The notes beneath the pieces were generated by a model. That model had not been told where the DNA came from, ran no database searches, and was given only the letters and a program-made list of their open reading frames with translations. Made by a program: the position numbers and the translations under genes. Shown here piece by piece: positions 16,639 to 25,697 of a stretch of DNA of 33,321 nt. Source of the stretch: Thermococcus sp. (GTDB lineage: Archaea > Methanobacteriota_B > Thermococci > Thermococcales > Thermococcaceae); assembly GCF_027012695.1 (NCBI RefSeq), contig NZ_JALUYR010000143.1, positions 1 to 33,321 of the forward strand, in the 5' to 3' direction. Position 1 is the first letter of the stretch. The number at the start of each line of letters is the position of its first letter.

Positions 16639-17127
16639 CTAAAGGTCTATGTCCTCGAACCACTGTTCGAGCAGGTCCTCGGGTATCTCATCCTCCTCGA
16701 CCTGCTCCTGCATGAACCGCCACATCTCCAGGTGTCTCTCGAGTATCTCCGCGTGCTCCGCACTTATATCGGCCAGCCAGCGGAAGAGCCTTCTTGACCT
16801 CTCGTCCTTCGCCTTCATTGAGAGTTCCCTGTACAGGGCTTCGCTCGCCCTTTCCGCTTCTATCGCAAGGCGGTAGTAGTCCTCAACGGTTGCGTCCGGA
16901 TCCTCTATGGCCTTTTCGAGGAAACTGAGTGCCGTCTCGACGTCTTTAATGGCTCTCAGATTTCCCACGTCAGCCCTGATCTTCTCGAGCAGCCTGGCGT
17001 TTCTCTCGGAGTGACTTGCGAGCAATCTGAGATCATCTTTAAAGTCCCGGGGTACGAGCTTCTCTATGGCCCTGTAGAGAATTGCCTTCTTCCTCTCCAG
17101 TTCCACCACGCGCCTCATCTTCGTCAC
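16639..17127 (-). CDS. Ferritin-like/rubrerythrin-family four-helix-bundle protein (tentative)
   Basis: - ExxH-type motifs 'ISAEHAEILERH' and 'IEAERASEALY'.
- Helical, acidic.
- GTG start, with BRE/TATA 'cgaaaagtttaa' upstream. Confidence 0.45.
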   Translation of the reverse strand: MTKMRRVVELERKKAILYRAIEKLVPRDFKDDLRLLASHSERNARLLEKIRADVGNLRAIKDVETALSFLEKAIEDPDATVEDYYRLAIEAERASEALYRELSMKAKDERSRRLFRWLADISAEHAEILERHLEMWRFMQEQVEEDEIPEDLLEQWFEDIDL

Positions 17128-17168
17128 CGGGTTTTAGTAACGAGGAGTAAACTTAAACTTTTCGCTGT

Positions 17169-17180
17169 GTGCTTATGCAC
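17169..17180. promoter_or_regulatory. Near-palindrome GTGCTTATGCAC in the divergent promoter between the ferritin-like gene (-) and the MinD-ferredoxin gene (+).
- Preceded by TTAAACTTTTCG (17153-17164).
- Followed by the BRE/TATA aaaacttttaacc.
   Basis: Read directly; same two motifs as at 11540-11569. Confidence 0.55.
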
Positions 17181-17226
17181 AAAACTTTTAACCGGTTTTA
17201 GGTTTTCCGAACCCGGGGGTGAAAAA

Positions 17227-18108
17227 TTGCGGATAGCTGTAAGCGGCGGTAAAGGAGGTACCGGAAAATCAACCGTCGCGGTAAACCTCGCCGTTGCGCT
17301 TAGAAAACTCGGTGCCCGGCTTACGATGGCCGATCTGGACGTGGAGACACCTAACGACCATCTTCTCCTCGGGATCGAGCTGGCCGTCGGGGAACCGGTG
17401 AACCAGTTTATGCCGAAGTTCGACTACTCGAAGTGCACCAAGTGCAGGAAATGTGCCGAGGCCTGCGAGGAGCACGCCATTATAACGCTAAGGGACGGGA
17501 CGCCCTTTCTCATGCCGAACCTCTGTTCCGGTTGCAGGGCCTGTGAGATAGTCTGTCCCGTGCCCGGGGCCATACTGGAGGATTACCGGGTAGTGGGGCA
17601 TATCCACATCACCCCAACCCCCTACGGCTTCACACTGGTCACCGGCGTCCTTCGGGAGGGAGAGGAGAGGGCCCTGCCCCTGGTGGTCGAGGCAAAGCGA
17701 CGGGCCATTCGGATCCAGAGGGAAGAGGGAGGCTTACTCCTCATTGACACGGCCGCGGGAACAGGGAACACCGTTGCCAAGGCGGTGGAGTTTTCCGATC
17801 TACTCATAGCGGTTACCGAGCCGACCCCACCGGGTGTACACGACACGAAACTAATCCTCGAACTTGGAAGGCTGATGGGAATTCCTACCTGGATCGTGAT
17901 AAACAGGGCCGACCTCGGAGAGAGGGGGAGGGTTTACGAGTTGGCTAAAAAGTATGACGCTGAGGTCGTTGCCGAGATACCCTACAGCGAGAACATCGTG
18001 AGGAGCTATGTTGGGGGAAGGCCGATAGTCCTGACGGACTATCCGGAGGCGAAGATCTTTGAAGAACTCGCCGGAAAGGTTCTCTCATTCCTAGGGGGTG
18101 GTGGGTGA
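17227..18108 (+). CDS. MinD/ParA-superfamily P-loop ATPase with inserted 2x[4Fe-4S] ferredoxin domain (COG1149-like)
   Basis: - 'IAVSGGKGGTGKST' is a deviant Walker A.
- 'CTKCRKCAEACEE' and 'CSGCRACEIVCP' are cysteine clusters.
- Probable TTG start at 17227, preceded by GGGGGTGA. Confidence 0.85.
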   Translation: MRIAVSGGKGGTGKSTVAVNLAVALRKLGARLTMADLDVETPNDHLLLGIELAVGEPVNQFMPKFDYSKCTKCRKCAEACEEHAIITLRDGTPFLMPNLCSGCRACEIVCPVPGAILEDYRVVGHIHITPTPYGFTLVTGVLREGEERALPLVVEAKRRAIRIQREEGGLLLIDTAAGTGNTVAKAVEFSDLLIAVTEPTPPGVHDTKLILELGRLMGIPTWIVINRADLGERGRVYELAKKYDAEVVAEIPYSENIVRSYVGGRPIVLTDYPEAKIFEELAGKVLSFLGGGG

Positions 18109-18995
18109 TGCAGATAGCAATAGCGAGCGGCAAGGGCGGCGTCGGGAAGAGCAGCATAACGGCTTCACTCCTCTACCTCCTGAAGGACGATTACCGCTTT
18201 GTGGCTGTGGATGCCGATGCGGAGGCTCCAAACCTCGGCCTGCTCCTCGGCGTTGAGGAATGGGAAGAGGAAAGGGAGCACATAGGGGCTAAGGTAGCAC
18301 GCATAAGTACGGAGAACTGCATAAGGTGCGGCATCTGCTATGAGCGCTGCCCCTACGAGAGCATCTACGTTGATGCCAACGGCAGCTACGTGGTCAACGA
18401 GCTGACCTGTGAGGGCTGCAACGTCTGCGGCCTGGTCTGTCCCGTGAGGGGTACGATTACCCTCGAGACGGTTCGCTCCGGTGTTATAAGGAAGGCAACA
18501 ACCAAGTACGGCTTTCCTATAATCTCGGCCCAGCTCGATGTTGGAAGGCCGGAGAGCGGCAAGCTCGTTACGGAGGAGAAGGAGTGGGCGAAGAAGGTGA
18601 TGGATGAGTTAAACCTGGAGCACATGATAGTTGACTCCGCGGCTGGAATCGGCTGTCAGGTTATAGCAAGCTTAGGGGGAGCCGATGTTGCGATACTCAT
18701 AGCCGAGCCAACGCCCGCTTCCCTCTCCGACGTTCGGAGGGCCTACAAAATCGTCCAGCACTTCAGGGAGCCTGCTTACCTGATAATCAACAAGGCCGAC
18801 CTGAACCCGGGCTTTACCGCTTTAAAAGAGTGGGCTGAAAGCGAGGGGATTCCGATACTCGGTGAGGTACCCTACGACCGCGCCATTCCGGAGAGCATGG
18901 TTCTAATGAAGCCGGTGGTTGAGGCCTTTCCGGATTCAAGGGCAGCTAAAGCCATCAGGAAAATAGCAGGGGGGATGAGGGAGATACTTGGCTGA
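18105..18995 (+). CDS. MinD/ParA-superfamily P-loop ATPase with inserted 2x[4Fe-4S] ferredoxin domain (paralogue of the upstream gene)
   Basis: - 'IAIASGKGGVGKSS'.
- 'CIRCGICYERCP' and 'CEGCNVCGLVCP'.
- ATGA overlap with the upstream gene. Confidence 0.88.
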   Translation: MMQIAIASGKGGVGKSSITASLLYLLKDDYRFVAVDADAEAPNLGLLLGVEEWEEEREHIGAKVARISTENCIRCGICYERCPYESIYVDANGSYVVNELTCEGCNVCGLVCPVRGTITLETVRSGVIRKATTKYGFPIISAQLDVGRPESGKLVTEEKEWAKKVMDELNLEHMIVDSAAGIGCQVIASLGGADVAILIAEPTPASLSDVRRAYKIVQHFREPAYLIINKADLNPGFTALKEWAESEGIPILGEVPYDRAIPESMVLMKPVVEAFPDSRAAKAIRKIAGGMREILG

Positions 18996-19058
18996 CCTTT
19001 CCCCTTTCATAACCTAAACCTTAAAAGCCCCGGCTCCAAGTTCCTTTGGTGGTGGAAA

Positions 19059-19499
19059 ATGGCTGAATCAACGGAGCAGATTGAGAGGCTTGCTTACGAG
19101 TACCAGCTCCTCCAGGCCCAGGCCCAGCTCCTGGCCCAGAACCTTGAGCTCCTCACCCTTGGAAAGAACGAGTTCCAGGCCGTCAAGGAAACCCTTGAGG
19201 GTCTCAGGGAGGTCGAGGATGAGAAGCCGGAAATACTCGTGCCAATTGGAGCGGGCTCTTTTCTCAAGGGCATGGTGGTGGACAGGGAGAACGCCATAGT
19301 GAGCGTCGGTGCCGGATACGCCGTTGAGAAGAACCTCGACGATGCAATAGCTTACCTCGATGCCCGGATAAGGGAGTACGAGGAAGCAATAGGGAAGACG
19401 CAGGAGGCTCTCAAAAAGCTCGAGGCCCAGCTCGGCGAACTCGCCCGGAAGGTTCAGGAGCTCCAGGCCGGGGAGATGGGAGTGGGCACCAGGAAGTAA
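19059..19499 (+). CDS. pfdA: Prefoldin alpha subunit
   Basis: - Coiled-coil termini.
- Central '[17 protein letters not shown]...[13 protein letters not shown]' beta-hairpins. Confidence 0.88.
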   Translation: MAESTEQIERLAYEYQLLQAQAQLLAQNLELLTLGKNEFQAVKETLEGLREVEDEKPEILVPIGAGSFLKGMVVDRENAIVSVGAGYAVEKNLDDAIAYLDARIREYEEAIGKTQEALKKLEAQLGELARKVQELQAGEMGVGTRK

Positions 19500-19502
19500 C
19501 CC

Positions 19503-19516
19503 TACTTATTTTTGCT
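19503..19516 (+). terminator. T-rich tract (ttatttttgc) immediately after the pfdA stop
   Basis: Oligo-T run; archaeal terminators are oligo-T. Confidence 0.35.
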
Positions 19517-19576
19517 GACTGAGTCTCAAAAATGAGGGGGTAACGTTTTAAGTTTTTCCTTTCCAATTTCCCCTGG

Positions 19577-21934
19577 ATGAGGAAGTTAAGACTACTATCC
19601 ACTGCCCTCGCAGTTCTGATCCTCGTTGCGACCCTTGGGTTAGCCGTGCCCAGCATCAACGTTGAGGTGCAGGGGATTGGGGCAGGAAAGAGTCCCCTTC
19701 AGCCCGTTGTATGCCTGGCCGGTTTCTACTTTCACTTCACAACGCCCTACGGGGTTAAGCTGGAGTTCGCGAACCCCTTACTCCCCGGGAGCACCGTCTA
19801 TGTGGTTCTCAGGGATTACGCCGGAAATCTAATAGCTTCCAACCACACCACTTTAAGCAGTGAGTTGGCACCCAACACACCGATACTCATAGGTTTCACC
19901 CTGGAGGAGCTTGACAACGCTAGTATACCTAGAACCTCCGTAATCGTCGTTGATGGTATGGGCAACATGATATACAACGGCACTATTGGTGTCGCCGTCC
20001 AAAAGCTGAGCTCGGGCAGATGGAATGGGGAACTTGCCCAGCCAATCAATATAACGTATACCGGTACGGAACCCCTCTCCAACTGGCCCGTTAAGATAGT
20101 CCTGTCTGACGATAACCCCCAGAATCCATACGGCCCGGGGGATTGGTACATAAATTGGACTTTCTTGGGGGAGCACCTTGACACAATACATTTTGTGGAC
20201 AGTGGGGGTAACCTCCTCTACTACTGGATTGAGATAATAAACACGACCGACCACTATGCAGTCATCTGGGTGAACGTAACGAACATCCCGCCCGGTGGAA
20301 CCACGATATGGATGATATACGGGGCCGGGAACTTCTCGAGCTACAACAACGGGCATAAGGTGTTCTGGTTCTTTGATGATCCCTCTGAATACGGCTCCGT
20401 AACCGGAGGAGGATGGGAATGGATTAATGCCAGCAACCAGGGAGTACGGATTATAAGGACTAACTTCGTTGATGGCCGAGAGGTGGCGGTGTTAGACAAG
20501 TTTCAGTACAGGGACAGGGAGGATGGTATTAAAAAAGAAACAGGGGTCTCGGTTGATACCTCCAACGTATCCTTTGTTCTGGAGTATTGGGACTATAGGG
20601 AAAGTAGGGTGAGGGGTACTGCGGATAGAGCGGGGGTGGTAAACCCCGGTGGAAATGGATACGGAGGACTTGTTCGAGCTATCGGCGATCCGACCCTGAC
20701 CAAGATAGCGATTGATGAGCGAAAAAACTGGGTGGGTACCTCAATTGCCGTCAATTTTAGCGTGGATCCCGTCTCCAAAACATGGTATCTCCTTAGACTG
20801 AAGTTCCTCAACAGCACGGAGGACAACATCAATCTAGAAATCTTCAACGAGACGGGATATCTTACCACTCCAGATGCACCGATGGGCACCGTATCGGCCA
20901 ACAGGACATTCAATTTCACCCCCTTCTACGTCTATGTCCGCGGTGGATCGGAGTACTACGTTACGTACATCAGAATCCGCCCGTACATAAATCCCGAACC
21001 AACGGCTCAGGTTGACGAATGGTACCGCTATCTAAGCTCCCATCCAGCGTGCAATAATCGGGGATACTCCGAACCCTCCCGCCCGATTGAGATTTTAGTT
21101 CCCGTTCTGGTCGACAACAGAAACAACCCGCAGCTCGACAACTACGTGGTTAACTTCTCCGTTCCGGAGGGCTACTTCTCCTCGGGCTGGAAGTACTTCT
21201 ACGTAACGGACGAGAACGGGAACTACCTATACTTCTGGAACTTCACTGACAAGTACCGCGGAAAGGTGTACTTTTGGGTAAACTACACCATCCCATCCTA
21301 CTCAAGTAGCACAATTTACCTCCACATCGTCAACGAGCCTACCATTGCATACGACGGCTCCACGAGTTATCACAACCCGGACAGAGTGTTCTGGTACTTC
21401 AATGACACCCTGGGAAACATCTCTGGGGGAGAATACAGGGTATTGAACTTTAATCCCGCAGTTCTGGGGAGCACATACCAGGGATACGTAGTGGATACAT
21501 TCATGAGGCCAGTTCATGTAAACGATAGTTATTATGGCCCCTACTTGTATGTAATGAACGACGGGGCTTATTATTACTTTGTCGCAATGTACAACCTGTC
21601 AAATACCCTAGGTGTGAATGAGGTGGGGGTAAGTACCTACCGAATTCAAGCTCAGAATATAGTTGATAATTTGACAAAGGTTAATCCACGCCTGCACAAT
21701 CTATTTTCTTTAGTTGTGTATCTAACAAGTTATGGGTTGGGGGCACATTATTACGTTTATGCAAACTCATATTACCAGGGCGATTCTGATTCCAATGCAA
21801 TTGGCCCAACGCTTGATACTCCTGTCCTGGGACAGTCTACCGGTATGTCCAGTTATAGATGGCTGGGCATAAGGCCCTACCACAATCCAGCACCCACAAT
21901 AACCGTTGAAAGTCCAAGATTAGCCGGACCCTAA
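19577..21934 (+). CDS. Large secreted N-glycosylation-rich protein with two DUF2341-like modules
   Basis: - Signal peptide 'MRKLRLLSTALAVLILVATLGLAV'.
- '...YYWIEIINTTDHYAVIWVNVTNIPPGGTTIWMIYGAGN' and '...YLYFWNFTDKYRGKVYFWVNYTIPSYSSSTIYLHIVN' resemble the DUF2341 '...vWVkvp.l......iymYYGN' motif.
- Many NxS/T sequons.
- Repeated 'IRPY(I/H)NP(E/A)PT'. Confidence 0.7.
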   Translation: MRKLRLLSTALAVLILVATLGLAVPSINVEVQGIGAGKSPLQPVVCLAGFYFHFTTPYGVKLEFANPLLPGSTVYVVLRDYAGNLIASNHTTLSSELAPNTPILIGFTLEELDNASIPRTSVIVVDGMGNMIYNGTIGVAVQKLSSGRWNGELAQPINITYTGTEPLSNWPVKIVLSDDNPQNPYGPGDWYINWTFLGEHLDTIHFVDSGGNLLYYWIEIINTTDHYAVIWVNVTNIPPGGTTIWMIYGAGNFSSYNNGHKVFWFFDDPSEYGSVTGGGWEWINASNQGVRIIRTNFVDGREVAVLDKFQYRDREDGIKKETGVSVDTSNVSFVLEYWDYRESRVRGTADRAGVVNPGGNGYGGLVRAIGDPTLTKIAIDERKNWVGTSIAVNFSVDPVSKTWYLLRLKFLNSTEDNINLEIFNETGYLTTPDAPMGTVSANRTFNFTPFYVYVRGGSEYYVTYIRIRPYINPEPTAQVDEWYRYLSSHPACNNRGYSEPSRPIEILVPVLVDNRNNPQLDNYVVNFSVPEGYFSSGWKYFYVTDENGNYLYFWNFTDKYRGKVYFWVNYTIPSYSSSTIYLHIVNEPTIAYDGSTSYHNPDRVFWYFNDTLGNISGGEYRVLNFNPAVLGSTYQGYVVDTFMRPVHVNDSYYGPYLYVMNDGAYYYFVAMYNLSNTLGVNEVGVSTYRIQAQNIVDNLTKVNPRLHNLFSLVVYLTSYGLGAHYYVYANSYYQGDSDSNAIGPTLDTPVLGQSTGMSSYRWLGIRPYHNPAPTITVESPRLAGP

Positions 21935-22846
21935 TCCCGAGTACCACTCCACCGTCTTCTTCAGCCCCTCCTCCAGTGACCACTCCGGCTCGAAGCCGAG
22001 CTTTCTTATCTCACTTATATCCGCCAAACTGTGCCTTATGTCGCCGGGCCTAGGTTTGTCAAAGACTATCGAGCTTGTAGTTCCGGTTATCTCGATTATT
22101 TTCATTGCCAGCTCGAGAATCGTTGTCTGCTTTCCGGTAGCGACGTTGAACACCCGCCCGTTCGCCCTTCTACTCTCGGCAACGAGGAGGTTGGCCTTAA
22201 CCACGTCCTTCACGTAGATGAAATCCCTCGTCTGCTTTCCGTCGCCGAAGATAACCAGCGGCTCGTTCTTCAAAGCGCGGTTGATGAAGATGCTTATCAC
22301 TCCGGCGTACTGGTTAAAGCCCTGCCTCGGGCCGAAGACGTTGAAGTAGCGGAGTGCCACAACCGGCAGGCCGTAAAGCTCGTGGAAGACCCTCAGATAC
22401 TCCTCGCCTGTGGCCTTCGTGACGCCGTACGGGGAAAGAGGTTTCGGCTTTTCTGTTTCTTTGAGCGGTAGGTTCGGGTTGTCGCCGTAGACCGCCGCAG
22501 AAGATGCGAACACGAGCTTTCCGTGCCCCTCGAGGAGGGCTTTAAGGATGTTGAGCGTTCCCAAAACGTTGACCTCCTCGGTGAAAACTGGATCGCGAAC
22601 GCTCTCAACCACGCTCACCTGGGCGGCCTCGTGGAAAACGTAATCGGCGTTGCTTATCAGGTCGGCTATCGCATCGTAGTCTCTTATGTCTGCCTTCACC
22701 AGCTTTGCCCCGGGCGGGACGTTCTCCACCTTGCCCGTGTGGAGGTTGTCGATCACGATTACCTCGTTGTCCTTAACGAGTTCCCATGCAATGTGCGAGC
22801 CTATGAACCCCGCTCCCCCAGTAACAACCACGAGCTTGTTTCTCAT
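21920..22846 (-). CDS. galE: UDP-glucose 4-epimerase / NAD-dependent epimerase-dehydratase
   Basis: - 'VVVTGGAGFIGSH' is a Rossmann motif.
- 'YGVTK' is a YxxxK motif.
- 'RYFNVFGPRQ'. Confidence 0.88.
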   Translation of the reverse strand: MRNKLVVVTGGAGFIGSHIAWELVKDNEVIVIDNLHTGKVENVPPGAKLVKADIRDYDAIADLISNADYVFHEAAQVSVVESVRDPVFTEEVNVLGTLNILKALLEGHGKLVFASSAAVYGDNPNLPLKETEKPKPLSPYGVTKATGEEYLRVFHELYGLPVVALRYFNVFGPRQGFNQYAGVISIFINRALKNEPLVIFGDGKQTRDFIYVKDVVKANLLVAESRRANGRVFNVATGKQTTILELAMKIIEITGTTSSIVFDKPRPGDIRHSLADISEIRKLGFEPEWSLEEGLKKTVEWYSGLGSG

Positions 22847-22905
22847 TTTCCCACCGGGCAAACTTCTCAAGGGGGATTTTAACCTTTTGGCGTTTCCTCA
22901 CGGTG

Positions 22906-23700
22906 CTATGTGCGAGCAACATCGGAATGGACCAGGAGCCACTCCACTATAGTTCTGTGAAACTCCTCGCCCCACTCGGGGTCTTCAAAGATCTCGTGGT
23001 AGGCTCCCTGGAACTCCCTCAGGGTTTTGTCCCCTACCTTAAGCTCCTCGAAGAACCTCCTCGAGCCTTCTGGCGGGGTTATTATGTCCCCCGTTCCGAC
23101 CAGGAGAAGAACCGGGACTTTTATTCTTCCCACTTCCCCCTGCGCCCGCTCCATGTTCTCGAAGATGCTCCTCCCGAGCTTTGCCGAAATCCTGTCGTGG
23201 ACCAGCGGGTCTTCCACGTAGGCCTTAACCGCTTCCGGATTCCGGGAGAGGAGTTCTGGCTTTATGCGGTTGGAAAGGGTCAGGCCCGGCGCGATCCTTC
23301 CAAGGAACTTCGCGAGGGCGACCATGAAGACCGGCGTTTCTGGGCTTTTCTCTAAAGCCGGCGAAGAAGCGATTACACCCCTAATCCGCTCCGGCCTCGT
23401 CTCGGCGTACCTTATGACCGTTAAACCCCCAAGGCTGTGGCCGAAGAGGAAGGGTTTTTCACCGATTTCTTCGATGATTGAGTCTATTATTTTCATAGCT
23501 TCCTCAATGCTGGAGTGGCCCCTCCTGCCGGGGCTCTTTCCGTGGCCGGGCCAGTCGAAGGTGTAGACTGCAAAGCCAGCCTCGTTAAGCATTTTTATCA
23601 GCCGTTCATAGCGACCGTTGTGCTCGCCGAGGCCGTGCACAAGAACAACCCAGCCGCGCTCTGGCCGTCCAAACTTGGCTTTGTAAACCTCCACGATCAA
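22906..23700 (-). CDS. Alpha/beta-hydrolase (lysophospholipase / monoacylglycerol-lipase-like)
   Basis: - 'VHGLGEHNGRY...GHGKS' is HG plus a lipase-box region.
- 'GHSLGG' is the nucleophile elbow. Confidence 0.85.
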   Translation of the reverse strand: MIVEVYKAKFGRPERGWVVLVHGLGEHNGRYERLIKMLNEAGFAVYTFDWPGHGKSPGRRGHSSIEEAMKIIDSIIEEIGEKPFLFGHSLGGLTVIRYAETRPERIRGVIASSPALEKSPETPVFMVALAKFLGRIAPGLTLSNRIKPELLSRNPEAVKAYVEDPLVHDRISAKLGRSIFENMERAQGEVGRIKVPVLLLVGTGDIITPPEGSRRFFEELKVGDKTLREFQGAYHEIFEDPEWGEEFHRTIVEWLLVHSDVART

Positions 23701-23764
23701 ACCCTCCAGTCAGGGCCTCCTGGGGGAGTATCCCGTTGGCTAGATGTTGGGGGAAACAGGGGGA

Positions 23765-24424
23765 TCAGGAGGAAAAGGGGCTCTCCTTTATCTCCCTGTT
23801 GACGAACTCAACGATTTTCCTCACGTCCTCCTCTATTGTTTCGGGCTCCGGCTTCATCAGGACATAGAAAACGTTGGTCTTGGGGGTTAAAGCGACGTGC
23901 TTGATGTTGTGGGGCTTTGACATGCTCTCAACGAGCGATTTGAGTTTCTCCACGTCCCGTTTCTTCTCGTAGAGGGCCTCATATGTCTTTCCGGCGATTT
24001 CAACGTACTCCCTCTGGAGGAGGGGCTCGTTCTCGATGTCCGGTTTGAGCCTGTAGTAACCCTTCTGGATGAGATGGGCCTCCCTCCTTATGTCCGCGAA
24101 GGGTCTGACGACCATGTAGAGTTTGTCGTGCCTGCTGGTGAGGAGGGCTATCGGGAAGTAGAGGAGGCTGTGTCTGGGGAGGAGTGTGAGTGTGTACTCG
24201 AACTTCCGTATGTTGTCCCGGTTGACCTTGTACTCGGCGCGAAAGCCGATGTATCCGCCGAGCCAGGTGTATGTCTCGTCTTCGGGCTTTATCACGTCCT
24301 TCACGGCCCGTATGTAATGCTGCATAAGGAGGAGGTTGAGCCGTCTGCCCTTGAAGTACTGAAGGGTCGATATCCCAGCCACGAAGATTATGATCGCCAT
24401 CAACAGCTGGTTGTCCATCTCACT
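23765..24424 (-). CDS. Hypothetical membrane-anchored protein (single N-terminal TM)
   Basis: - 'LLMAIIIFVAGISTL' is a TM segment.
- No recognisable domain.
- Start uncertain (24415-24472). Confidence 0.55.
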   Translation of the reverse strand, partial: SEMDNQLLMAIIIFVAGISTLQYFKGRRLNLLLMQHYIRAVKDVIKPEDETYTWLGGYIGFRAEYKVNRDNIRKFEYTLTLLPRHSLLYFPIALLTSRHDKLYMVVRPFADIRREAHLIQKGYYRLKPDIENEPLLQREYVEIAGKTYEALYEKKRDVEKLKSLVESMSKPHNIKHVALTPKTNVFYVLMKPEPETIEEDVRKIVEFVNREIKESPFSS

Positions 24425-24704
24425 CATCCTCCGGATAGTATCTCTGAAGGCTCCTCGCGTCGAGTATTTCAACCTTTCCCAGGTCTTCGAGAACCGCCAC
24501 CGCGTCCCGTACTATCCTCATCCGCACGGGCCACGTCAGTGCATCCATGAAGGGCCCCCTGGCCGTCCGGGAAAGGTCCAGGTAAACCCTAATCCCGTCC
24601 TCATCCCCCGTTACCGCGATGACCATCCCTAGATCCACGATACTCTCCCCGGTTACGGGCTCCCGAACCCGCCTGAGTCTCTCGACGATCTCCTCAGTCC
24701 CCAA
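24420..24704 (-). CDS. DUF59/MIP18-family Fe-S cluster assembly protein (SufT-like)
   Basis: 'IVERLRRVREPVTGESIVDLGMVIAV' is the typical DUF59 N-terminal pattern. Confidence 0.7.
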   Translation of the reverse strand: MGTEEIVERLRRVREPVTGESIVDLGMVIAVTGDEDGIRVYLDLSRTARGPFMDALTWPVRMRIVRDAVAVLEDLGKVEILDARSLQRYYPEDE

Positions 24705-25695
24705 GTATCATTCCCCCGATTCTCCTGAGCCACTCAATGCCCCTGGGCTCTTCGGCGAACATGGGGATCTTAACAACGTCCAATCCCGGGAATTCCTCTT
24801 TAAGGCGCTTCAGCACCTCCATCTGGGCCCTGAGCCTTATCTTCAGCTCCGGCACTTCCGCGGAAACTTCAATGACCTTGTTAATGACAATGAGTCTGAA
24901 GGGGATCCTGAACCTCTTGAGGGTATCCCGTATCCGAATGGTCTCGTAGAGGGGCAGGGCCTCCGGGTTCATGACCGCTATCACGCTCGTCTTTTCGGGA
25001 TCCGTTATGACCCTCTCCACGAACTCGATCTCTTTACGATACCGTTTGAGCTCCTTCATGACTTCATCCTTTTCCTCCTCCGTGGGTAGCTCCACCTCCT
25101 CGTCACCCACCCGGAACCGCAGGGGGCCCTTTATGTTGGATACGGCCGCCCTCTTCTCCAGGATCTTCCGCCTTATCTCGATGAGCTTGTCGGTCCAGAT
25201 CAGGGAGATCTTTGGAAGGGCCAGCACGCGCAGGGTCAGTCCGGTGGGGGGTGTGTCAAAGACTATAACGTCCCATTCGTCACCGTCCTCCAGAATCTCC
25301 CTTATGGCCTCGAGGGTCGCGTACTCCTCTATCCCGGGGGAGTACTTCAGGACTTCAAAGTACTTCTCGAGGTTTATCACGGTCAGATAGCGGTAGGTAT
25401 GTTTGAGGGTCTTCTCCAGGTGCTCAAGATAGCCCCGTATGAGCTTTTCCATGTCGAGTTCGCTGGCGTAGAGGTTTTCCAGGATCTTCTTTGGTTTATC
25501 CCCCAGTTTCGTTCTGAAGACGTCCCCCAGGTTGTGGGCCGGATCGAGGGACACAACGAGGGTTTTATATCCTCTCTCCGCCAGTGCAACGGAGATGGAC
25601 GCCGATGTGGTCGTCTTTCCGACCCCTCCCTTTCCGAGCACGAAAACTACGCGATAACCCTTTTTTGGCAGCAGATACTCTCTCATGGGAATCAC
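24694..25695 (-). CDS. ArsA/Get3-family (anion-transporting / TRC40-like) P-loop ATPase
   Basis: - 'VLGKGGVGKTTTSASISVALAERGYKTLVVSLDPAHNLGDVF' is a deviant Walker A plus DPAHNL switch.
- 'FDTPPTG'.
- No CxxC seen. Confidence 0.8.
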   Translation of the reverse strand: MIPMREYLLPKKGYRVVFVLGKGGVGKTTTSASISVALAERGYKTLVVSLDPAHNLGDVFRTKLGDKPKKILENLYASELDMEKLIRGYLEHLEKTLKHTYRYLTVINLEKYFEVLKYSPGIEEYATLEAIREILEDGDEWDVIVFDTPPTGLTLRVLALPKISLIWTDKLIEIRRKILEKRAAVSNIKGPLRFRVGDEEVELPTEEEKDEVMKELKRYRKEIEFVERVITDPEKTSVIAVMNPEALPLYETIRIRDTLKRFRIPFRLIVINKVIEVSAEVPELKIRLRAQMEVLKRLKEEFPGLDVVKIPMFAEEPRGIEWLRRIGGMILGD

Positions 25696-25697
25696 CT

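Noticed and set aside
22031-22471. Antisense ORFs inside galE, the hydrolase, the DUF2341 gene (19853-20356), the MBL gene (14798-15178), alaX (31365-31991) and trm (32308-33093)
   Set aside because: All are shadow ORFs opposite motif-supported genes.
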